Below are positions 8,140-19,400 of a DNA stretch of 61,623 bases, piece by piece (the first letter of the stretch is position 1; each line of letters starts with the position of its first letter). Under the pieces are notes generated by a model that did no database searches, was not told where the DNA came from, and saw only the letters and a program-made list of their open reading frames with translations. This DNA comes from a virus. Its lineage: Duplodnaviria; Caudoviricetes. Position numbers and translations under genes: made by a program. The DNA lies in IMG/VR virus record IMGVR_UViG_3300002219_000044, positions 1-61,623 of that record, one strand, 5' to 3'.

Positions 8140-9501
8140 TCAATAGGCAGATCCCAGGTCCACCTTGCGCCAGTTGGTCCCGGTTATGGTGTTTCCGGCT
8201 GTCCCGCACACATAGAGGTAAGACCCGTCTTGACAGAACTCGTTTGTCAGGCCGACAGTGCCGTCAACGCCGCCTGCAAGGTGCTCCGCGCCCCAGGCCA
8301 CATGAGCCTCAACTCCAGTCTCGGTCTCCGTGGTGGCGATCTCATCGCCTGCAACGCCCTTGGTTTTTGCGGCCACTACCAGAGTGGTCGCATTACTGGA
8401 AACAGCCGTAACGGTAGGATGAACCGCCGCGCACTTGTAATCCGTGTCGGGTGTGCCGGCATGGTTGATGGCGTTTTTGAGATTCAGCAAGGTAGCTTCC
8501 GCGCTTGCCCCTATCAGGACCTCGCCTTCAAGCGGGGTCAATGCCGCCACCAAGGTATAGGTTTTTTCATCGATCGTGATCGTCTGCGCGTCCCGGCCGC
8601 CGGTGAAATACGCGCCCGTGCCGTCCCAGTCGAAATTGCCGACCGTGGTTGCCTTGTCGATCTCGTTGCCTGCAGCGCCGGCCACCTTCGCGGTGATCGT
8701 GGTAGCGTTTTCCGACACTTCCGCGGCCGTAACGTCCGGATGGGCGACGGTCCCGGTGCTGTAAATCGTTCCCACACCTTCGCCGCCGTTGATGGCAAGG
8801 ACAAGATTCGGCAACGGGGTTTCCCCTATAAGCACTTCATTGGGAACCGTGGCGGGATCTGTGGTCAGCGCCGTCTTGAAGGTGTAAACGGTTTCGCCGA
8901 TGGTTACGGTCTCGCCGTCATTGGGCGCTCCGGAAGCGGTCAAAACTCCGGTGGCCGCCGTGATCCCCACGGGCGTTGTTCCGTCAGACGTAAGGGTTCC
9001 GCCGGAAGCGACCGCATTGACCGGGGTCTTCTCTTTGCACACGGTAGGGGATGCAATCAGCACATAGTCAGCCAGGAGCGCCAATACCTCATTGGCTTCC
9101 AGCGACGTGTTGAGCCACACGGCCGCGCCTTCGGTCGGGTCCACGCACCGATAGACCTCTTTCGGGTCTGCCGCTGCATCGATCCAGATAGAGCCTTCCG
9201 AATAGCCTTCCGTGTCATCGTTCGTCACGGCCGGCGCTCCGTCGCCCGCAAGATTGTTCATGACATAGGGCGCATACGCAGCGGCAACACCATCGTCAAA
9301 GGTGTCGCCGACGGTGATCTCCATGGCCGGCCGTTTTGCCAGCACGGCCGCCGCCAGGGCTGTGGCCTTGTCGGCATCGACCGTTACCGACACGCCCGCG
9401 TCGCCGGTTGCACGGCCCGGGACTTCGAAGTCAACGCCATATCCGATGAAACTCAGACCGGATGCACTGTGATTTTCGAACTTGATCGTCTTTTTCAGCA
9501 T
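8140..9501 (-). CDS. Ala/Thr/Gly-rich virion fibre or decoration protein
   Basis: Two ~105-aa repeats (TxTIxExxYT..ALT..EVLIG..AIN..HP.VTA); C-terminal DGSYLYVC..NWRKV. Confidence 0.6.
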   Translation of the reverse strand: MLKKTIKFENHSASGLSFIGYGVDFEVPGRATGDAGVSVTVDADKATALAAAVLAKRPAMEITVGDTFDDGVAAAYAPYVMNNLAGDGAPAVTNDDTEGYSEGSIWIDAAADPKEVYRCVDPTEGAAVWLNTSLEANEVLALLADYVLIASPTVCKEKTPVNAVASGGTLTSDGTTPVGITAATGVLTASGAPNDGETVTIGETVYTFKTALTTDPATVPNEVLIGETPLPNLVLAINGGEGVGTIYSTGTVAHPDVTAAEVSENATTITAKVAGAAGNEIDKATTVGNFDWDGTGAYFTGGRDAQTITIDEKTYTLVAALTPLEGEVLIGASAEATLLNLKNAINHAGTPDTDYKCAAVHPTVTAVSSNATTLVVAAKTKGVAGDEIATTETETGVEAHVAWGAEHLAGGVDGTVGLTNEFCQDGSYLYVCGTAGNTITGTNWRKVDLGSAY

Positions 9502-9531
9502 TCTTGAACTACCTCCTTTTGGGTTATGTTT

Positions 9532-12500
9532 TTAAGCCATTAATTCGTAAATCTCTTTAAGATCCGTGGTAATCGAAACATACCACCACGCGCCGATGAA
9601 TTCTCCGCCAGCGCCCGAAAAGAATTTTGCCCCGAAACGCGCCTTGATGATTTCCTTGACCTTATACAGCATCCCGTATTTTCCGGCCCGGTCCTGGAAA
9701 AACCACTTTGAAAACGGCTCGTGTCCCGTGCCGGCGCGTCCCTTGAATCCAGGGATAGACATATTCGTCTTGTTGGTCTTGACCGTGATTCCCAGTCTCA
9801 GAAACGCCGCTTCAATCTCCTTCGGAACCTCCCTGTATCTCGGGTCTTTTTTCAGGGCTTCGTCCGCGGCCCGTTCCTTGTCCGCCTTTTGGGCCTTGTA
9901 CGCACGTATGAACGTATCCATTATGCCGGCAAAATCATTAATCACCATGCCGGATATCTCATCCCGGTTGTCGCCCAGTTCCACGGCTTCCGCCTTCGCT
10001 GTGTAGGAGGCGTCGTCAACAATGCCCCGAATGCGTCTCTGTGCGCTGATTTCATCCGGATAGCTTTCTGCAAAGTCCGCCGCAGCCTCATCGATGCTTT
10101 TCCCGCCGAGATGTCTTTTGAGGGTGTCGTTCCACGCTTTCGCGCACACGGGCAGGATTTCGGACTCGACGGCCTTTTTGCCGTAGGCCATGGCGGTCTC
10201 TTCGAAGTCGGCGCCGTACATGCTCACCACGATGTTCATTAACCCGTAAACGCCGCTCTTGCCGCCCTCCCGTTTCCTGGCAAGGTACGCTTCGCAGACG
10301 CCTTTTTTGAACTCTTCGTTTGCCGGATCCGGATAGACAATGGCCTCGGCCAGCTTGGAAGCCTGGTGATTATAGTTGCCAATGTTTCGAAAGGCGATTT
10401 TCCCGTTTTCGTCCCTGACAATATAATGCGAGTAATTATCCAGGCCTATTTCCATTCGGTGATCCAGGAAAGTTTCCTTGTCGAGCTTCCCTGCGATCAG
10501 GTCTTCGTACTTATATTTCTGCGCCAGGGCTTTTTTCAGGTCAATTTCCTTCTCGGAATAGGACACTTTTTTCAGGCCCTTTTTTTCCATATCTTCGATG
10601 CTGCTGACATCAAACCAGCCGTAATAATTCCCTACCGCACTGGTTTGCGTCAGGTTGTACGCCCCTAAAGAGCCGACAACATTTTCATACTTGAATGCCC
10701 GAATCTCCGGATTGACATCTGTGATCCGGAACAGCCCACGATACCACCCGCCGTCTGCCCTGAGTTCGTAGCAATCGCCCGCCGCAACGACTTTCCCGGT
10801 CAGCGAAACACAGGCCTTCCCGGGGTTGTCAATCAGCGCCTCATCAAACGGGAGCACTCCCTTCTTGGCCTTCTGCTTTAAAAGCCCGGCTGTCTGCTTG
10901 ATGGTTGAATCCAGTTGGGTGCGCTTTTTCCCATATTTCTCATCCAGCCCCGCCAGACCGGTCTTGCTGTCTGCAAGTTTCCGCTGCGCCCGAATAATCT
11001 TGGTTCCTAAAAGGAGCCGGCTCGGATCATCCTCATCCAATGCAAGGCCCCTCTCTTTGAGGGTTTTTATCTCTTCCTCAAGTTTGGGAATATCCTCTTC
11101 GAGCCGCGTCTTTTCCTTGACTTTTTTTTCGTCCAGCTTTGCCAGCTCGCTGGCCGCATGAGCCAATACCTGCAACTGGTTTGCGAGCCGCTTTTTCTCC
11201 TTGGCTTCATCCTCGGCCTTCTTTGCGGCCAGGCGTTCCAGCCGCCGCGCTTTGGCCGCTTCCGGATCCGCTTCGAGCATGTCCAGCATTTCATCCTGGC
11301 TCATGGCGTTGGCGTTTTCGGCCGTGGCGTCGCCGCCCTCGAAAAGATCCTGCATCCAGTTGGATTTCGCTTTCAGCACGTCCAGCCGGTAAGAGTCGAA
11401 TGATCCCTTGCCGCAATAGTAGTAGATAGCGATATTGGCGGCCGTGTTGCCCTGCCTGACCCCGCGGCCGTTGCGCTGTTGAATGCTGGCCGGCGTCCAT
11501 GGCAGGGTCAAATGGTGAATGGCCGTGGTTCCCTTCTGCAGGTTGACGCCGACCTCGGCTTTTTTGTTGCAGATCACGAATTTCAGTCCGCCGGCATTGT
11601 ACGAATCGGAGATCTTCTGCAGCGCATCGCCGTCGGCCTCATCGGCGTTGATAATGCCGATCAAGTTGGCAATCGTCGGAATATGATGAACAACCAGACG
11701 CAGTATTTTTTGATGCTGCGATTTTTCTTCCGTGAATATGAGCTGCTTCCCGTTCACTTCCAGATCTTTTCTCAGGTTTTCAATCAGCTTGCCGTATTTC
11801 GGCGTGAGCGGGTGCGACACGTCCGACAAGCTGATGCCGGCATCCGCCATGTGGTCAACAACGGTGTTTTCAAACTCTTCCGGAAACACCACAACATAGC
11901 TGTCGTTTTTCACCTGCGACGTGGTTTTCAGCGCAACCACGAACTCTCGCGCCTTGCCTTTTTCGTCGCCTTCCAGGCCCAGCGATTCGTTTTCCTCAGC
12001 GTTCGGTATGCGCCTGATCTTGATGGATTTCGGAAGTCCGCCGATCATGGCGTCCACTTTGGCCTTATCTCCAAGCCGGAAAACAAACGTCATGGTCTTA
12101 TGGTACAGGTCCATGTCCGTAGATACCCGGTCCATTTCCCGGATGATCGTAAACATGCTTTCGCCCTTGTTCCCCGGCTTGGCCGCATCTTTGGCCCGGT
12201 CGCGCAAATCCGAGTAGACTTCCTTCTGTTCGTCCGTCAATTCCACGTCCAGGGTGATTTCCTCGGAAGGCGGGAGCTTGATCTGATCCGGAAAGTCCTT
12301 GGCGGATTTCATGTTGACAAACTTATGGAACATGCTTCTCAGACCGTCAAGGTTCTGGAATCCGGTCAGGCCGTCTACCGATGCGACGGCGCCGCCAACC
12401 TTCATCTTGTCGATGCTCTTGATCTCACCGAAAACCCGGATAAAATCGTCCGGCGTATAGATGCCGTACTTTTCAAATTCTTCAACCGGGCACACAAAAG

Positions 12501-15500
12501 ACAGCATGTTGAAGATCTCAAACGGGCTGTTTGTCACAGGGGTTGCCGACATCATATAAGTTCCGCGGCCGTTGTTCCGGTCCCGGATATGGCTCATCTT
12601 CAAATTCATATCAATGGCGCGTTGCGCCGTGTCCGCCGCGGGCAGGTATGCGACCCGCTGGTAATGCTCTCCGCCGAGTTGAGAGTTTTTGAACTCGTGG
12701 CAGTTTGAGACAAGGACACTGTTTGCAAAATAATTGTGAGTATCGGCTACTTCTAAATCATAGACTGTCTGACCTGACGGATCACCGAGTCCAAGTCTGA
12801 CATAATCTCCTGGTTCCAGAACCTCAATACCGACCACCCTAACGCATTCAAGACCGCCGTTTTCCGCTCTCTGTACGGCCTCACTCGGAAAATATTCCCG
12901 CAATGCCTGCAAACTATGGCGACCCCGCAGGTTCCCCGCTTCGACATATCCCTCCTCTTCTGTCCATATCTTGTGGCTTTCAGTGCAGATAAAATGAGAC
13001 CCGTTTTCAAGCGTTACCTTGATAAGCGGTACAAAAAGCCTTTTTGGAAGCCACCGAACTATCGGCTTCCAAACCAATTCGCCGGTCCCAAGATCCCGAG
13101 AAAGAACATCTGTCTGAATCATATTCTCGCAGATATCCCCAATCTTCATGATGCCTGCCCGCGTCACTATCTCCGTGTCGTAGACAAAACACTCATCAAC
13201 GATCACGTCCGTAAACCCCATATCTTCGAAGTAGGGCAGTTCGCCCTTCTTGGCGGTCCCTTCGTCCGAAAACCGCTGCTGGTTGCGGATCTCATTCACG
13301 TCCTCGGCATACGACTTGCCCTTTACCTTGGTGTCACCCTCAAGCGCCTTCTTTTGCGCCTTCTCCGAAAGCAGGGAGCGATTCACCATCGCGTCGGTGT
13401 AGGTCTGCTTGGTTTCCGGCCGCAAGGGGATCTGCCCGAACTTGTCCTTGGTCATGATCACCAGGGAATAATTCGACGTGGGAATTTTCCACATGGCCTC
13501 CCAGGTATCTTCCTTGGAATCGCGCTTGAGAAGCTGATCCTGGTACATGGGCTTGCCGGTAAACTTGTTGATTTTGGTCTGGCCCTTTTCGTCCTTGACC
13601 GTCTCTTGCAGGATGGCTCCGGTCTTTTTGTCCGTCTTCGGCTCGTATCCGACGATCAATACGCCGTCATGCTTGCCCAAGTAGGTTTTCGATTCGTGAT
13701 ACCAGTTCGCCAGCACAGATTTGGGAACCACGATGCAGGTCTTTTTCGTCCGGCCGAGCTGCTGGTTGTAGGCGTGTAGTGCCAGTGCCGAGAATGTTTT
13801 TCCAAGCCCGACGTTATGCGCCAGGATTCCAGAACCTTCCTCGGACAGCCGCCGGACCGCCGAGTTCTGATAGCCGTGCAGCTTTATTTGAGGCGATACG
13901 CCCTTGATGCCCAGCTCCGTATCTTCGTATTCGAACGGCGTGTAGCCGTTGAATCGGCGGTTGTACTGATCTTCCAGAATGCCGATGTCCGTGTGTTGCT
14001 GCAGCCAGACATTGAACCGCTCTTCAAGTGACGCGCACCGGCTCTTGTACTCCGCAATGCGTTCCTGTGCATCTTCCCCGGAAGACGTGACGTTTTCACC
14101 GTTGAGGTACTTCAAAAACTGCTTATTGAATCCGCCCTTGTCATCGATGCCGATAAATGCGCCAAACGGATTGTCAAAATCCTGGACGAACTTGGTTTTT
14201 TCCTGCATGGTCCCGTCAAACGGGTTTTCTTCCGTCACCGTGCCTACTGTCCCGTAAGACAGTGCCGGATATCCGTTTTCACGCAGGAAATCGACAATGT
14301 ATTTGCGGTTGATCCACCGTTGCCGCATTCCGAAAACAATGTCCTCGGGCTTCGTGGTCTTGCGCCGCCTCATGATCGCTTCGATCTGTTTCAGAAATTT
14401 CCCTTTGAGGCGTTCGTCGGTCTCTTCTCCTATGGCTTGGCGCAAGGCGTCGATCTTCGGGTAAATATCGCCCGCGCTGTACCGGCTCATGGGTTCAATC
14501 ATTCCGTCCGGGGTAATGGCTATGGCGTCTTCGTCCGCCAGATCCGCAAGAGAGTGGATCTCCCGCTTTCCGGAATAGAGCTTTTGGATATCTTCCAGCT
14601 CAAGAGTTTTAATGCCTTCCCGGATAAAAAGGTGCTCCACGATGGCCTGCAGGTTGGTCGAATCGTATTCCAGCGTTCTGCCGGACCCTTCCAGCGTACC
14701 GGCCAGAAGGTCGGTAAACTGGCCTTTTTCGTCCACGGCACCCTTGAACAGGCCGAACATCTTGGACGATTCGCCGATCAGCATAAGCCCCTTGTTGTTT
14801 TTCGGATGCCCGAACCGATCGATCTCTTTCACGACAAGTTCTTGCAGCTCAAGACGGTCGGCGTCTTCCGCAGTCCCGTCATTCACCGAATTCTGATACC
14901 GGGCAATCATGCCGCCGATAACGGACCCCCGGAAAATTTGCTCCTGGTATTCCGTTTTCGGCTGAGACATGGCAAATTCGATGGATGCCTTCTGCAGCGG
15001 GCTTAACAGCTCCGGAAAAGACTTGTATGCCGCAAAGACCTGATCGGCGCTCAGGCCAAGGGTCTGATTGGGATTTGACAGCCTGCCTTTCAGCTCTTCG
15101 ATTGTCGCCGCGCCGTACTTCTGCGCGTCCACGGTGATCGATGAGTTTTCCTGAATGACCCGGACCCACATGCCGTTTTGCATTTCGTATTCAGCGCCGT
15201 TGATCATCTTCCGGTCGCCGTCGATGTAGTTCCGCACTATCGGCTCGGCGACTGCCAGCGCATCCCAGTCGATGCGGGAATTAAACCGCTGCGCGAGCCT
15301 GGCTTTCAGGCCGGCATTGTCTACGTCGCCGTCAACGGTTTCCCGGCTCCACCGGTCCCCCTCGACCTTGGGCATGTATTTGCCCATAATGAATTTCCGG
15401 CCTTCGCCAAGCCAGTATTTCCCTGAAATGAACTCATCCCAAACGACATTGGCGCTTTTCAGGGTCTCGAAGGGTATGGTTTCAATACTCTCCAAGAAAT

Positions 15501-16407
15501 CCTCCGGGTGCTTCTTGAATACCACCACGTCGACAACCGTGTCGGTTCCCTGAACGCCAAAGGTTTTTGACGGGAGCTTGTGGGCGCCCAGGAACTCGGC
15601 CTTTTTGCTGCAGGCGATCCTGAACTTTTCCCACTGGCCGCCCTTGGCGCCGACAATGTTAATCGGAACTACCAGGCAACAAAGCCCCCCCGGGCGGACC
15701 TTGTCCAGCGCCCGAAGAATGAAGTACCGTTCAATCCGCTTTTCGGTTTTGTACGCCGGATCTGTGTGTGCGCTCGCGCCTCTCGCGCTTCCGAAAGGCA
15801 CGTTTCCGACAACGGCGTCAAAGGTGTTGTCAGGCGTTTCGATGACCGTCTTTTCAAATGCCTGGTTCTTGATCGAATCCTCGGGGTTCAAGAGCTGTGC
15901 GACCCTTGACCCCACTTGGTCAATGTCCGCGCCGGTCACAAGTACGCCTTTCGGCTTCGTTGCCGAAAACACGCCCGCGCCCGTACACGGGTCCAGAACA
16001 TTGCCGTTTGCAAAGCCGTGCGCTTTCAGGCCGTCCCAAAGACCTTCCGCCACATAGGTAGGCGTGTAATACTCAAACTGTGAATTATCCGTAAGACCGC
16101 CGCGTCCTGAATACTGTTTCAGGACTTCCCGGTCCTTGTCGGTCAGATCGCCCGGATCTTTCACCCGCTCGATGATCTCCCGCGCCTGTTCGTTCAGCTT
16201 CTCGCGGGCTTTGATCCCCTTGACCTTCAAGCCGTAATCCGAATTGTCATTCTTGTAATCGTTCGGGTCTTTCGGCGGATCCTGCCCCGGAACCTTGTCC
16301 GGCGGTACGGCAAACAGTGTCTTGATGACTGTCGCAATCTCGCCGAAGCTCGTTGCCTCCGAAATCTGAGATTTGTAATCCGGTAAAGCGTCGCTTTCAA
16401 ATATCAT
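9532..16407 (-). CDS. darB: DarB-like N6-adenine MTase plus SNF2 helicase, intein-containing
   Basis: EYYTP, VLDPCTGAG, GNVPF; HNVGLGKT, DE/CH, SATP, QRNGRGVRQG. Confidence 0.9.
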   Translation of the reverse strand: MIFESDALPDYKSQISEATSFGEIATVIKTLFAVPPDKVPGQDPPKDPNDYKNDNSDYGLKVKGIKAREKLNEQAREIIERVKDPGDLTDKDREVLKQYSGRGGLTDNSQFEYYTPTYVAEGLWDGLKAHGFANGNVLDPCTGAGVFSATKPKGVLVTGADIDQVGSRVAQLLNPEDSIKNQAFEKTVIETPDNTFDAVVGNVPFGSARGASAHTDPAYKTEKRIERYFILRALDKVRPGGLCCLVVPINIVGAKGGQWEKFRIACSKKAEFLGAHKLPSKTFGVQGTDTVVDVVVFKKHPEDFLESIETIPFETLKSANVVWDEFISGKYWLGEGRKFIMGKYMPKVEGDRWSRETVDGDVDNAGLKARLAQRFNSRIDWDALAVAEPIVRNYIDGDRKMINGAEYEMQNGMWVRVIQENSSITVDAQKYGAATIEELKGRLSNPNQTLGLSADQVFAAYKSFPELLSPLQKASIEFAMSQPKTEYQEQIFRGSVIGGMIARYQNSVNDGTAEDADRLELQELVVKEIDRFGHPKNNKGLMLIGESSKMFGLFKGAVDEKGQFTDLLAGTLEGSGRTLEYDSTNLQAIVEHLFIREGIKTLELEDIQKLYSGKREIHSLADLADEDAIAITPDGMIEPMSRYSAGDIYPKIDALRQAIGEETDERLKGKFLKQIEAIMRRRKTTKPEDIVFGMRQRWINRKYIVDFLRENGYPALSYGTVGTVTEENPFDGTMQEKTKFVQDFDNPFGAFIGIDDKGGFNKQFLKYLNGENVTSSGEDAQERIAEYKSRCASLEERFNVWLQQHTDIGILEDQYNRRFNGYTPFEYEDTELGIKGVSPQIKLHGYQNSAVRRLSEEGSGILAHNVGLGKTFSALALHAYNQQLGRTKKTCIVVPKSVLANWYHESKTYLGKHDGVLIVGYEPKTDKKTGAILQETVKDEKGQTKINKFTGKPMYQDQLLKRDSKEDTWEAMWKIPTSNYSLVIMTKDKFGQIPLRPETKQTYTDAMVNRSLLSEKAQKKALEGDTKVKGKSYAEDVNEIRNQQRFSDEGTAKKGELPYFEDMGFTDVIVDECFVYDTEIVTRAGIMKIGDICENMIQTDVLSRDLGTGELVWKPIVRWLPKRLFVPLIKVTLENGSHFICTESHKIWTEEEGYVEAGNLRGRHSLQALREYFPSEAVQRAENGGLECVRVVGIEVLEPGDYVRLGLGDPSGQTVYDLEVADTHNYFANSVLVSNCHEFKNSQLGGEHYQRVAYLPAADTAQRAIDMNLKMSHIRDRNNGRGTYMMSATPVTNSPFEIFNMLSFVCPVEEFEKYGIYTPDDFIRVFGEIKSIDKMKVGGAVASVDGLTGFQNLDGLRSMFHKFVNMKSAKDFPDQIKLPPSEEITLDVELTDEQKEVYSDLRDRAKDAAKPGNKGESMFTIIREMDRVSTDMDLYHKTMTFVFRLGDKAKVDAMIGGLPKSIKIRRIPNAEENESLGLEGDEKGKAREFVVALKTTSQVKNDSYVVVFPEEFENTVVDHMADAGISLSDVSHPLTPKYGKLIENLRKDLEVNGKQLIFTEEKSQHQKILRLVVHHIPTIANLIGIINADEADGDALQKISDSYNAGGLKFVICNKKAEVGVNLQKGTTAIHHLTLPWTPASIQQRNGRGVRQGNTAANIAIYYYCGKGSFDSYRLDVLKAKSNWMQDLFEGGDATAENANAMSQDEMLDMLEADPEAAKARRLERLAAKKAEDEAKEKKRLANQLQVLAHAASELAKLDEKKVKEKTRLEEDIPKLEEEIKTLKERGLALDEDDPSRLLLGTKIIRAQRKLADSKTGLAGLDEKYGKKRTQLDSTIKQTAGLLKQKAKKGVLPFDEALIDNPGKACVSLTGKVVAAGDCYELRADGGWYRGLFRITDVNPEIRAFKYENVVGSLGAYNLTQTSAVGNYYGWFDVSSIEDMEKKGLKKVSYSEKEIDLKKALAQKYKYEDLIAGKLDKETFLDHRMEIGLDNYSHYIVRDENGKIAFRNIGNYNHQASKLAEAIVYPDPANEEFKKGVCEAYLARKREGGKSGVYGLMNIVVSMYGADFEETAMAYGKKAVESEILPVCAKAWNDTLKRHLGGKSIDEAAADFAESYPDEISAQRRIRGIVDDASYTAKAEAVELGDNRDEISGMVINDFAGIMDTFIRAYKAQKADKERAADEALKKDPRYREVPKEIEAAFLRLGITVKTNKTNMSIPGFKGRAGTGHEPFSKWFFQDRAGKYGMLYKVKEIIKARFGAKFFSGAGGEFIGAWWYVSITTDLKEIYELMA
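12703..13191 (-). mobile_element. Mini-intein (163 aa) in DarB helicase motif II
   Basis: CFVYDT start, CTESH block B, VYDLEV..HNYFAN..VSN end, +1 Cys; no LAGLIDADG. Confidence 0.9.
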
Positions 16408-16440
16408 TATTTTCGTTTCTCCTGCGTGTCGTTTTGGGTA

Positions 16441-19400
16441 TCAGCCCCACACATCTTCTTTTGACGCATTTTCTTTGATTCTGACTTCCTGTAGCCCAAG
16501 GGTGAATGACGTTATGACCGCTTTCGGGTATTTCGCCTCCATGCCCCTCAAAAAGCGCTTGTTGGCATCCAATGCGGCATAGAGCCCGCAAATAGGTTCA
16601 AGGGCTGATTGAAGAGTTTTGCCTTCTGCCGCCAGCGTGTATGTGCCCGGCTTAACTTTCAGGATTGCGGCCTCAAGGAGCATTCTCCTGTCGTTGCCGT
16701 AAACAGACAGATAGAGCTCATCCTTCTGCTTCCGATCTTTGGAGCGGATGATACGCGCCAATAGACTTTTTATGGTTGTCGGCCCGTTGTCGGATTCGAC
16801 GGTTTCGGGCCCGCTTTCGGGCGATTCGGTTTCTTTCGCCCATCTCGGCGACAGTCCGTGCTCTTTTGCCAGGTTTAGCGCCATTTTGTTCACGCCCGCC
16901 GCGCCGCCTCTCTGCTCGATAAGCTCCTTGGCCGCCGCTATCGCTTCTCTCTGCGTTGAATAGCCCATTGCCAGTGCCGTCCCGCTTTTCCCCTCTGTTA
17001 CGGCCCATTGCCCGTTTGCGTCCTTGCTGGTAAACAGATCGATGCCGGCAAACATTGTCAGATTATGCCCCTTGACTTCCCGCAGCTCGCCATTGCTTAA
17101 CCGGGAATAAAATTTCTTCGGGTCAGGCTTGTCTGCCATGTCCGAGAGCTTGATTTTCGCTGCTTCAAGGGCCGCCCGCCGCTCTTTTTCTTCCTCCCTT
17201 ATGATTTCCTCGGCTTCGCGTTTCCCCCTGATCCCCGGCCCTACTGATTCTTCCAGCTTCAAGGCATCCTTGTATGCTTTGTCCATATATTCGGGCCAGA
17301 TCGAAACTTCGACATCCTTCTTGAACCGCGCCTTGTCGCTTTCGGAAATGTCAAGCGCATCTATCTTCCGCCGGTAGTCGGCCTGAAGTGCAGGGGCTTG
17401 CTGTTTTGCTTCGGCAATCTCCAAGGTTTTTTTCAAGCCGTCGCTCATCTTGAACGAATGCAGCAAGGCTTCGTTTACGGCCTGCGTCAGATCGTCGCCC
17501 GCAAGCCCGCGCTTTGCCAGTCGTTCGGTGAACAACTCGGCTTCCATTGCCGCGCCGTCTTTGTCGGAAACCAGCTTAAGCAACCGTCTGGCCTCGATCC
17601 GTTGCAGTTCATCGCCCGTTTCGGCAACGTCTTCCCACTTCGCTATTTTGCCCTGATCTTCTACGGGGCTGTGAAGCAACTCGTTATAAGCGGTTTGGAG
17701 CTTGTCCACTTTTCTTTGCGCCGCGTCCCGCTTCTTTGACCCCGAAGCGCTTTTGTTCCTGGCTTGTTCGGCATCATACAGGGCGTCATAGGCTGCATCC
17801 AGGCTGGCCTTGTGACCCTCTACCTGTTTATCAAGCTCTGTTCGCTCCGGAGTGCCTTTGGCGGGTGTGGTGCGCTGTAGCGGCTCTTTTCTCTTTTGCC
17901 CGGTCATCTCTTCCAGATTCCCATAGTCCTTTTCGTACAGCCGGGCATACTCTTCGTGCGAAAGTTTCCCGGTTTTCAGGGCGTCAATGATTATCGGAAG
18001 GTGCATACCAAATGTCTGAGGAAAAGAAAGCGACCCTATGCTTTCGCCGTATTCTTTTGAGGTCATCTCCCAAGGCTCTTTTTGCTTGGCCGTTGTTTCC
18101 CCTGCTATCGGAAACACCTTCGTAAACGCCGCGCTCAGTTCGTCAAACGACTGGGCCCCGGCAATGGCCGCTTTCCAGCCGGGATCTTCGGCCGCTTCGG
18201 TTATGCTGCTGCCTCCGTATTCTGCCATTTTCTTTTTCAGCTCCTTGAGTGTCTTCGCCTGAATGCCGAATCCGTAATCATCGCAATAAGTTTCCTCAAC
18301 GATCTTCTCGGTCGGGCCATAGGCGACATACCGGATATAGTGCATTTCGCAGCCCTTATCATCCGTGCTGCATCCTCGCTGCTTGGTCAGCTTGCCGCCC
18401 GCGAACTGCTTTTTGAAAACTCCTTTCGCGCCTTCCAGCACCACGCCCATGTTTTCAACAACTTTTGCAGCCCGGTCATCGTAGAGCATGGTCATATTCT
18501 GGTCTTTTTGATTGGTTATGTCCAGACCGGCCAAATCGTTTTTCTCAAGCCACGCACGGACCGGCGGAATGCCTTCCGGATCAGCCGCCCGCGCCGTGAA
18601 AATCTTGACGGTTTCGCCGTTGGCAAGGTGCTCTTTTACGATGTCCATCATAAGCGGAACGGGTTCGCCGATGTGCTCATAGCCTTTCCAGCCGTCATAC
18701 CGGGCAAGCGTCCCGTCCAGGTCCACGCCGATCCATGAATTGGGATTGGAAGAAGATTCTAAAACCTTTTTCTTGACATCATTTCCCGGCGAATTTATAT
18801 TCATATTGAAGGGAGCGTCATGCTGCCCTTCATAAGGCTCCGAACCCCGGGCTTCTACCCTGGGTAAAATCGGGGCCTTTCGCTTTTCGTAAAGCACGTC
18901 CGGATCATGGTTGAGATTATAAAAAAGGTGCCCGAATTCGTCTTCCCCGACAGTCACGCCAACCAAAAGGGTTTCCCCTTCAAGTTCTACCTTCCCGTCA
19001 AAAAAGTGGAATCTTGTAATATTGTCATTTCGCGCCTTGAAAGGCTCCGAAACCGAATGCTTTCCTCGCAGGATAATAGCGGAAGCGGCCGGGAGCAACT
19101 TCGCCTTTTTAATATCCGTGGTTACGCCGCGCTTGAACTTTTTCCAGCCTTTCCCGGAAAACCTGATTTCGCCAACGCCTTGCCGCGTTACCGTTTTCCC
19201 CTGCATTTTTGCCCTGAAATAATTTCTGGCCGAAGCAACCGCATTCCCGGAATCAATGTTTTCGCCCAACTCTTTTCCGGTAAGCGTCGAAAGGACTCCA
19301 CCAGCACTTTCAAGGATCTCATCATCGTCTATTGGGGCTTTGGTGTCGCCTTCCTGCAGCCATGTCTTGAAATCATCCACGGTCAACTCCGCCATGGACC

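Noticed and set aside
7993-9507. Long plus-strand ORFs (also 11479-12708, 38333-39886, 40812-42374)
   Set aside because: Antisense shadows of well-supported minus-strand genes in GC-rich DNA
9532-16407. Host restriction-modification or DISARM-type defence gene
   Set aside because: Context with hdf, darA and ulx-like genes indicates phage DarB
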